Source of the DNA: Euprymna scolopes
Lineage: Eukaryota
Direction: 5' to 3' (one strand)
Assembly: GCA_053919585.1 (NCBI GenBank)
Contig: CM132802.1
Length of the DNA stretch: 64,000 bases
The notes under the pieces were generated by a model. It did not search any database. It saw only the letters and a list, made by a program, of their open reading frames with translations, and was not told the DNA's origin. Below, one piece after another: positions 54,005 through 64,000 of this stretch. Position numbers and translations under genes: made by a program. Positions within the stretch are counted from its first letter, which is position 1. Each line of letters opens with the position of its first letter.

Positions 54005-55071
54005 AATTAGGTCTTTGAATCCACAGATGTTTATTTCATATTTTTCTTTAAATTTTGTGATCTGAAAAATCATGTTTCGTTATTTTCAAAGATTTATATA
54101 CATTATAAATGTATACATATATGTTATAAATGTTTTTATACATTCCTTTACATAATCAAGAAATATTATTTAATTTTCTAAATGAATTTATTATTGATAA
54201 AATACAATCTAATATCTATTACACCGAGTTTAATTACAATGAATATCTGTTTTTGTTTAAGGCTAATAGTATTATTATTACATGAATTTTTTTCATGTAA
54301 ATATATCTGTTTTTTTTTTCATAATTATTAGTCAAAGTATTAACATCAATGAAATTACTTTATGCAGATGTAAATAAATAGTTCCAGAAAAAGATTTGAA
54401 AAAGATTATTTTATTTGCTTTATAAAACTTTTACTTGAATTAGAATTAACGATTTGAATTTTAAATGTGTTTAATGTTTATTTTCTTTATTATTTCTTTC
54501 AAAAATATGTGCTATGCATGTAAAAACTTACTAAGTCATAATAGTAATTAATAAATAAGTCTTTTTAATTCACAGATATTTATTTTATATTTTTCTTAAA
54601 ATTAGTTTTCGATCAGAAATTCACTATTTTCAAATATTGTATATATTCAATATGAATACAAATGTTTTATTTCTTATTAAATTGATTCATATAATAAATA
54701 AACATTTCTTTTTATTTGTCTAAATTGATTTGTTATTGATAAAATTTAATCTGACACCTATTAAAGCAAGGGTTATTAAAATGAATATTTTTAAGGGCTG
54801 ATAATAGTAACATTATTATTAAATAAATTTTTAATGAAAATATCATATATGCTTTTATTTCATAATTATCAGTATTTAAATAAAATAGTTTTATGTAAAT
54901 TAATATTTAAAAGAAGTTAGAAAATGTTATTTTCTTTATTTTCTGAAAATACTTCTTGAATTAGAATTAACGGTTTTAATTTACAATAAAAGTAATGTTT
55001 ACTTTTGGTTGTATCAGTTCTATTTAAAACCATATCTGCTGTGAACGGTAAAAGCAATAATAGTAATTAAT
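54005..55071. repeat. Diverged ~530-bp tandem duplication just upstream of the giant exon
   Basis: cacagat.tttattt.atatttttctt at about 54022 and 54571; cttgaattagaattaacg twice; both copies end taatagtaattaat. Confidence 0.8.
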
Positions 55072-55225
55072 TTGTATTTCCAGTAATGCATTGTGTATAT
55101 GTATATGTATACATATATTTTCCTATGCTGGTATATTTATTCTTGATGGGATATAAATTGAAAATTAATGGATTCCACATGTTCTTATTTGTTATTTTTG
55201 CTACCAAATATTTGATTTGTAATAG

Positions 55226-58200
55226 ATCAATTGCCGATTGATGATGCTGATGATGCCATCTGCGAATATAAAGAAACTGGAGAATCGAAAGAAGAAAAAG
55301 CTGAAGAAGTTTTTGCGCAACAACCTGTCTCCCGTGAGGAAAGCCAAACCAATTTGTTCTCAGCTGATATTGAAACACTCCCTATTTCGGAGCAAGAAAT
55401 AATTCTTGACCAATCTTCATCTGGTGCTGCTGTCGTAAAACCCATTTCAACAGTTATAGAATCAAAGCAAATAAATGTACATGAAGAAAAGCCACTCATT
55501 GCTAAAGTCGAAGAAAGATATCCTGACACAATTGAAGATGAAAGTGAAGATGAACTATTTGAAGAGATTCCAGAGAGTGTCAAAACAGTTAGCATCCAAG
55601 AAACTATGCAAATTGAAGTTACTTCAGAAAGAACAGAATCAGATGTAAAAGAAGAAGAAGAATCATTGTCAGAAGAAGAATTCTATGAAGTTTCATCTAC
55701 TGAAGTTGAACAAACCAAGTTTGAAAAAGTAAAACCTAAAGATAGCAAAATTGATATAACTGTTACATCAAAATCACTTGTTGCTGAAGGCACTACACCA
55801 GTTATTGAAGAAATAACAGAACATATTACAGAAGAATGTGAAGTCAAACCTCAAACTGAAGAAGTACTCATATCAGAGATGGAACAGATTGTTGTACCTA
55901 GAGCAGTGGAATCTTTTGTTCCTGAAGGAGAAGAAGTCAGAAAAGAGATGTCAGTCATCACGCTGAAATCTGACAAGGAATTAAAACCAGAAATCTCAGA
56001 AGTAATGCCTGAAGTTGTAAAAGACATATCTGCTATTTCTGTATTAACCATTGCTACTGAAAGCAAAGATACTACCGCTATTGAAAAAGTCACAGATGTA
56101 ATTCCAGAGACTGAAGTAAAACCAAAAGATCATGATGTCATAACCACTGAAAAGTTACAAATCACAGTTAGTAGTAGTTCACCTAGTGTCTCCAAAGAAG
56201 AGGTGGAACAAATAACGGAATCTACAACTCTAGAAGTAATGCCACTCAAAGAAACGGTTCCACAATCAGAAGAAGTACACATTCAGTTATCTAATATATC
56301 TATTGCTCCTACGAAGGAGTCTTCAGTTGTTATTAGTGACGAAATAAAAACTGTGGAGCAAGTGTCAGTCGTTGCTGAAACTGAGGTTCCACAAGTTTCT
56401 GAATTTGTTATTCCTGTTGTTGAGCCAGCTAAGATTATATCAGAGATTACAACTGATGTTAAAGAAAGTGAAGAAGTTGTTTTTGATGAAAAGGTAAAAG
56501 ATGTTCCTTCACAAATTACAATCGATATTGAATCAAAGAAAATAAGTCCAGAAAAACAGAAACCATTAATCAGTAAGGTAGAGGAAACTTTCATACATGA
56601 AGATGAAGAAAAAGATTCTGGTGATGAAGTATTTGATGTACCTTCTGAGAGTGTGGAAAATGTTTCTGTGCAACAGATTAAGTCTGGAGACATTCAGCTC
56701 TCTATCAAATCTGCTATGGTTGCAATGATAGATGAAGCTAAAGAGATACAAGAAAAGGATGAAGTTTCAGCATTAACACCTGCAAAGGAAGTAACTGTCG
56801 GTCAAGAAAAGGTTATTTCTGTAATTGCTAGTGAAAAGACAACAGACACTGATGCTATGCAAACTGTAGTTTCAGTTAAAAAGGGTTCTTTGTCAGAAGA
56901 AGAATTCTATGAAGTTTCATCTACTGAAGTTGAACAAACCAAGTTTGAAAAAGTAAAACCTAAAGATAGCAAAATTGATATAACTGTTACATCAAAGTCA
57001 CTTGTTGCTGAAGGCACTTCACCTGTTATCGAAAAAATAACAGAACATATTACAGAAGAATGTGAAGTCAAACCTCAAACTGAAGAAGTACTCATATCAG
57101 AGATGGAACAGATTGTTGTACCTAGAGCAGTGGAATCTTTTGTTCCTGAAGGAGAAGAAGTCAGAAAAGAGATGTCAGTCATCACGCTGAAATCTGACAA
57201 GGAATTAAAACCAGAAATCTCAGAAGTAATGCCTGAAGTTGTAAAAGACGTATCTGCTATTTCTGTATTAACCATTGCTACTGAAAGCAAAGATACTACG
57301 GCTATTGAAAAAGTCACAGATGTAATTCCAGAGACTGAAGTAAAACCAAAAGATCATGATGTCATAACCACTGAAAAGTTACAAATCACAGTTAGTAGTA
57401 GTTCACCTAGTGTCTCCAAAGAAGAGGTGGAACAAATAACGGAATCTACAACTCTAGAAGTAATGCCACTCAAAGAAACGGTTCCACAATCAGAAGAAGT
57501 ACACATTCAGTTATCTAATATATCTATTGCTCCTACGAAGGAGTCTTCAGTTGTTATTAGTGACGAAATAAAAACTGTGGAGCAAGTGTCAGTCGTTGCT
57601 GAAACTGAGGTTCCACAAGTTTCTGAATTTGTTATTCCTGTTGTTGAGCCAGCTAAGATTATATCAGAGATTACAACTGATGTTAAAGAAAGTGAAGAAG
57701 TTGTTTTTGATGAAAAGGTAAAAGATGTTCCTTCACAAATTACAATCGATATTGAATCAAAGAAAATAAGTCCAGAAAAACAGAAACCATTAATCAGTAA
57801 GGTAGAGGAAACTTTCATCCATGAAGATGAAGAAAAAGATTCTGGTGATGAAGTATTTGATGTACCTTCTGAGAGTGTGGAAAATGTTTCTGTGCAACAG
57901 ATTCAGTCTGGAGACATTCAGCTCTCCATCAAATCTGCTATGGAAACTGCTGTTCCTAGTAAACAGGATTCTTTCTCAGATGAAGAATTCTTTGAAGTTT
58001 CATCTACTGAAGTTGAACAGACCAAGTTTGAAAAAGTAAAACCTGAAGATAGCAAAATTGATATAACTGTTACATCAAAATCACTTGTTGCTGAAGGCAC
58101 TACACCTGTTATTGAAGAAAAAACAGAACATATTACAGAAGAATATGAAGTCAAACCTCAAACTGGAGAAGTACTCATATCAGAGATGGAACAGATTGTT

Positions 58201-61200
58201 GTACCTAGAGCAGTGGAATCTTTTGTTCCTGAAGGAGAAGAAGTCAGAAAAGAGATGTCAGTCATCACGCTGAAATCTGACAAGGAATTAAAACCAGAAA
58301 TCTCAGACGTAATGCCTGAAGTTATAAAAGACGTATCTGCTATTTCTGTATTAACCATTGCTACTGAAAGCAAAGATACTACGGCTATTGAAAAAGTCAC
58401 AGATGTAATTCCAGAGACTGAAGTAAAACCAAAAGATCATGATGTCATAACCACTGAAAAGTTACAAATCACAGTTAGTAGTAGCTCGCCTAGTGTCTCC
58501 AAAGAAGAGGTGGAACAAATAACGGAATCTACAACTCTAGAAGTAATGCCACTCAAAGAAACAGTTCCACAATCAGAAGAAGTACACATTCAGTTATCTA
58601 ATATATCTATTGCTCCTACGAAGGAGTCTTCAGTTGTTATAAGTGACGAAATAAAAACCGTGGAGCAAGTGTCAGTCGTTGCTGAAACTGAGGTTCCACA
58701 AGTTTCTGAATTTGTTATTCCTGTTGTTGAGCCAGCTAAGATTATATCAGAGATTACAACTGATGTTAAAGAAAGTGAAGAAGTTGTTTTTGATGAAAAG
58801 GTAAAAGATGTTCCTTCACAAATTACAATCGATATTGAATCAAAGAAAATAAGTCCAGAAAAACAGAAACCATTAATCAGTAAGGTAAAGGAAACTTTCA
58901 TCCATGAAGATGAAGAAAAAGATTCTGGTGATGAAGTATTTGATGTACCTTCTGAGAGTGTGGAAAATGTTTCTGTGCAACAGATTAAGTCTGGAGACAT
59001 TCAGCTCTCTATCAAATCTGCTATGGTTGCAATGATAGATGAAGCTAAAGAGATACAAGAAAAGGATGAAGTTTCAGCATTAACACCTGCAAAGGAAGTA
59101 ACTGTCGGTCAAGAAAAGGTTATTTCTGTAATTGCTAGTGAAAAGACAACAGACACTGATGCTATGCAAACTGTAGTTTCAGTTAAAAAGGGTTCTTTGT
59201 CAGAAGAAGAATTCTATGAAGTTTCATCTACTGAAGTTGAACAAACCAAGTTTGAAAAAGTAAAACCTAAAGATAGCAAAATTGATATAACTGTTACATC
59301 AAAATCACTTGTTGCTGAAGGCACTTCACCTGTTATCGAAGAAATAACAGAACATATTACAGAAGAATGTGAAGTCAAACCTCAAACTGAAGAAGTACTC
59401 ATATCAGAGATGGAACAGATTGTTGTACCTAGAGCAGTGGAATCTTTTGTTCCTGGAGAAGAAGAAGTCAGAAAAGAGATGTCAGTCATCACGCTGAAAT
59501 CTGACAAGGAATTAAAACCAGAAATCTCAGAAGTAATGCCTGAAGTTGTAAAAGACGTATCTGCTATTTCTGTATTAACCATTGCTACTGAAAGCAAAGA
59601 TACTACCGCTATTGAAAAAGTCACAGATGTAATTCCAGAGACTGAAGTAAAACCAAAAGATCATGATGTCATAACCACTGAAAAGTTACAAATCACAGTT
59701 AGTAGTAGTTCACCTAGTGTCTCCAAAGAAGAGGTGGAACAAATAACGGAATCTACAACTCTAGAAGTAATGCCACTCAAAGAAACGGTTCCACAATCAG
59801 AAGAAGTACACATTCAGTTATCTAATATATCTATTGCTCCTACGAAGGAGTCTTCAGTTGTTATTAGTGACGAAATAAAAACTGTGGAGCAAGTGTCAGT
59901 CGTTGCTGAAACTGAGGTTCCACAAGTTTCTGAATTTGTTATTCCTGTTGTTGAGCCAGCTAAGATTATATCAGAGATTACAACTGATGTTAAAGAAAGT
60001 GAAGAAGTTGTTTTTGATGAAACGGTAAAAGATGTTCCTTCACAAATTACAATCAATATTGAATCAAAGAAAATAAGTCCAGAAAAACAGAAACCATTAA
60101 TCAGTAAGGTAGAGGAAACTTTCATCCATGAAGATGAAGAAAAAGATTCTGGTGATGAAGTATTTGATGTACCTTCTGAGAGTGTGGAAAATGTTTCTGT
60201 GCAACAGATTCAGTCTGGAGACATTCAGCTCTCCATCAAATCTGCTATGGAAACTGCAGTTCCTAGTAAACAGGATTCTTTCTCGGATGAAGAATTCTTT
60301 GAAGTTTCATCTACTGAAGTTGAACAAACCAAGTTTGAAAAGGTAAAACCTGAAGAAAGCAAAATTGATATAACTGTTACATCAAAGTCACTTGTTGCTG
60401 AAGGCACTTCACCTGTTATCGAAGAAATAACAGAACATATTACAGAAGAATGTGAAGTCAAACCTCAAACTGAAGAAGTACTCATATCAGAGATGGAACA
60501 GATTGTTGTACCTAGAGCAGTGGAATCTTTTGTTCCTGAAGGAGAAGTCAGAAAAGAGATGTCAGTCATCACGCTGAAATCTGACAAGGAATTAAAACCA
60601 GAAATCTCAGACGTAATGCCTGAAGTTGTAAAAGACGTATCTGCTATTTCTGTATTAACCATTGCTACTGAAAGCAAAGATACTACGGCTATTGAAAAAG
60701 TCACAGATGTAATTCCAGAGACTGAAGTAAAACCAAAAGATCATGATGTCATAACCACTGAAAAGTTACAAATCACAGTTAGTAGTAGTTCACCTAGTGT
60801 CTCCAAAGAAGAGGTGGAACAAATAACGGAATCTACAACTCTAGAAGTAATGCCACTCAAAGAAACAGTTCCACAATCAGAAGAAGTACACATTCAGTTA
60901 TCTAATATATCTATTGCTCCTACGAAGGAGTCTTCAGTTGTTATTAGTGACGAAATAAAAACTGTGGAGCAAGTGTCAGTCGTTGCTGAAACTGAGGTTC
61001 CACAAGTTTCTGAATTTGTTATTCCTGTTGTTGAGCCAGCTAAGATTATATCAGAGATTACAACTGATGTTAAAGAAAGTGAAGAAGTTGTTTTTGATGA
61101 AAAGGTAAAAGATGTTCCTTCACAAATTACAATCGATATTGAATCAAAGAAAATAAGTCCAGAAAAACAGAAACCATTAATCAGTAAGGTAGAGGAAACT

Positions 61201-63306
61201 TTCATCCATGAAGATGAAGAAAAAGATTCTGGTGATGAAGTATTTGATGTACCTTCTGAGAGTGTGGAAAATGTTTCTGTGCAACAGATTCAGTCTGGAG
61301 ACATTCAGCTATCCATCAAATCTGCTATGGAAACTGCTGTTCCTAGTAAACAGGATTCTTTCTTGGATGAAGAATTCTTTGAAGTTTCATCTACTGAAGT
61401 TGAACAAACCAAGTTTGAAAAAGTAAAACCTGAAGATAGCAAAATTGATATAACTGTTACATCAAAATCACTTGTTGCTGAAGGCACTTCGCCTGTTATC
61501 GAAGAAATAACAGAACATATTACAGAAGAATGTGAAGTCAGGCCCCAGACTGAGGATGTCTTGATATCGGAGATGGACCAAATTGTGGTACCTAGCAAAA
61601 TGGAAACTTTTGTTCCTGAAGGAGAAGAGATGAGGAAAGAAATTTCTCTCACAATAAAGTCTGCTGAAGAATTTAAACCGCAGTTTTCACAAGTGATGCC
61701 TGAAGTTGTAAAAGACATATCTGCTATTTCTGTATTGACAATTTCTACTGAAAGCAAAGATACTACGGCTATCGAAAAAGTCACAGACGTAATTCCAGTG
61801 ATTGAAGGAAAAACCAAAGCTGATGAGTTTGAAGTCCGACCACAAACTGAAGAAGTCTTGATATCAGAAATGGAACAAATCATTTTACCTAGTGCAGCGG
61901 AATGCCCTGTTAGTGAAAGCAAAGAGAAACTTGTTCCTGCTTCTTTGGAATATGATTCTAAAGAAGTTTTGCTTGAACCATTTAGAGTCGATATCATATC
62001 TGAGATAGGTGATAAATCTGATATCTTTTCTGCACAAGAATCAGTTATTCCTGTGGATGTGAAACTTCTTGTAACTGAAGAAAGCGAAATATCTCTGATT
62101 GAAGAACAGTTACCATCTCCAAAAGAAGGCAGCATTGAAGATCTTTCTTTCTCTGATCAATCTTTAAGTCTATCTCCTTGTGAATCTGATTTGCCAGCTG
62201 ACAAAGCTCTCGTGAAAGACATTGAAGTAAGCCAAACATCACTCGCAGAGAAAGTTCTTGATGAAAAAGCAGTGGAATTTGAAAAATTCTCTCCATCTAT
62301 TAGTACTCCTGTCGTAACAGATGTCGGTACTGATGAGTTAATTATAGAAACAGAAGATTCTAGAGAAACACTTATTGATTCTTCTTCAGATATTTCATCT
62401 GAAGACATCGTTGGCATTCAGGATATTTCCACGGAAATTGCAACTTCTGGTGACGTCATATCTGAACATGATAAAGTTACAGTATCTCAGCTTGTAATTC
62501 ACGATGGACCACAAGAAGTGCCTGAACAAAAGTTATCTGAAGAGATCGAAGATGAGTCCATATGTGAGTCCTATGATTTAGGAATTTCTGCTCTTGAACA
62601 AGAAACTCAACCTAGTGTTGATGATATTGTGATTGAGCACACCAGTACGATGAAAATTACACAAGAATCTGATATAATTGAAAAACATTCTGAAGAATTA
62701 TCTGAGAAGATGTCTTTGGCAGAAGCTAATAAATCTGTAAAAGAAATAGCTATAGCTGATATTCCAGTTGATGAATCAAAACCTGAACTAGTCGTACAAA
62801 TAACTCCTAAAATAAAAGAAGAAGTAACCGCATTGATTCCTAAGGTACCTGTTGAACATCCAGAGTCTGAAATGCAGCTAACTCTTGATGTAGTTAAACC
62901 ATCTGAAGATACACAAATAGTCGAAAACATCGAACAATTGGATAGTTCGGTAGAGATTACATTCGAAGACGACACAGCAGCATCACCTGAAGTCATTGAG
63001 TCAACAATTATTCTCGCTGACAAAAAGGATAAACCGAAGAAAAAGGGAGTGGTATTTGCTGAGACTGTGGTTTTTGAAGAAGTAGGTGAGAGTCTAGATA
63101 CGATTCAACCAACTGTATCATGCGCAGGAGACCTCTTTGTTGAATCAAAAGAGAAGCTTGCTGGACCGAAGGACGTTCAGTTATTGAAAGAAGACGATTT
63201 AGGTATTTGGAAGGGCGATATGTCGGCTAAATGTATGCTAATGCACTTGCTGCTAGTGCTGCTGTTGCTGCTGCTTGAATGTATTCAAAGCGTCACTTCT
63301 ATGTAG
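55226..63306 (+). CDS. Giant exon of the titin-like gene: acidic low-complexity region with 361/408-aa tandem repeats. Phase-1 donors at 63085 and 63202; stop at 63304-63306 if unspliced
   Basis: Acceptor tttgatttgtaatAG (55224-25) in phase 1; about 8 kb without a stop. Donors GTAG|GTGAGA (63085/86) and TTAG|GTATTT (63202/03), both phase 1. Confidence 0.92.
55666..61900 (+). repeat. Coding tandem array: units of 1224, 1083, 1224, 1083 and 1080 bp plus a diverging partial sixth unit
   Basis: Unit starts at the (L/F)S(E/D)EEF(Y/F)EV motif: 55666, 56890, 57973, 59197, 60280, 61360. The antisense ORF offsets in the track show the same spacing. Confidence 0.95.
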
Positions 63307-63526
63307 TGTAAACAATATGTATGTATGTATGCCTTGACAGCATGTTGTAAAGTGTCTCGTCGTCAGAAATGTCCCGAAATGTATTCAACTATTGTACCTG
63401 TTATTTTCATGTTTTTTTCAGCCAGACTGCCTTAGTCGTAGTGTTATATTTATATGTACTTGTTTCAGTCGGGGTACTTTGTCTTTTGAATTTCATCCAA
63501 ATGCTTTACGTGTATAAATGTATAGT

Positions 63527-63752
63527 TGCATGATGCGCTAATTGTAGGTATACTCATAGATATTAGTACGCTTGTAATCAAGTATGAAGAGAAACAGGAG
63601 ATACTTCAGATTTGAAATCTTATAATAATAATCATAATTATATATATAATTATATTTGCATGATAATTGTAGGTATACTCATAGATATCAGTACGCTTGT
63701 AATCAAGTATGAAGAGAAGCAGGAGATACAACTTCAGATTTGAAATCTTATA
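63527..63752. repeat. ~130-bp-period tandem duplication downstream of the giant exon
   Basis: ttgcatgat..taattgtaggtatactcatagat...cttcagatttgaaatcttata occurs twice. Confidence 0.9.
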
Positions 63753-64000
63753 AAAATCAACTATTTACTAATTCATTTATATTTATTCAAATCTAGTCAG
63801 TATGAAATATATAACATCATAAATCACTGAAAAACGATGCATTTTTATTAGTATTTTTCGACATTGTTTCATTTTCTTATATCGATGCATGAAAAAACAA
63901 AGAATGCGATTTAGTTGTTGCAAAACTTTTATGAATTAAAATTATTTTGGAATCAAAATTTATTTTTGACATATTTTAATAATTTTATAATCTTTACAAG

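Noticed and set aside
55067-63023. Many antisense and alternate-frame ORFs over the giant exon
   Set aside because: Shadows of the biased, repeated sense codons; they recur with the repeat period.
1-63306. Assigning a specific gene symbol (sls, TTN, unc-89)
   Set aside because: Two I-set domains and low-complexity spacers do not distinguish the paralogs without a homology search.
63405-63510. Next exon after the acceptor-like gtttttttcAG at 63421
   Set aside because: The phase-1 frame stops within five codons, and the alternative AG gives a peptide unlike the rest of the gene.

Overview
AT-rich animal genomic DNA, most likely invertebrate; it is not prokaryotic, and there is no CRISPR array or operon. 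The window lies inside one large + strand gene for a titin/sallimus-like protein built from Ig I-set domains and Glu/Val/Ser/Thr/Lys-rich spacers. Five coding exons are supported, all joined by phase-1 GT-AG introns: <1-423 (Ig), 15393-15524, 18920-19051, 51358-51639 (Ig) and a giant exon of about 7.9 kb starting at 55226. The giant exon contains near-identical 1224/1083-bp units in a higher-order pattern. Main observations: (i) two exons stay open past their 5' splice site and end in a hydrophobic C-terminal tail (one with Cys-Cys pairs, one Leu-rich), suggesting a splice-versus-read-through switch that makes membrane-anchored isoforms; (ii) the Ig exon after the 32-kb intron starts with a recursive-splice-like CAG|GTAAGG; (iii) the giant exon carries repeated acidic LIR/FFAT-like motifs and a PP1 RVxF-like motif. 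Introns hold non-autonomous Helitrons, mariner MITEs, CR1/RTE LINE remnants, Penelope fragments with hammerhead-like cores, a 5S-rRNA-derived SINE family, a tRNA-Ile pseudogene and minisatellites. Repeat boundaries were read by eye and are approximate.
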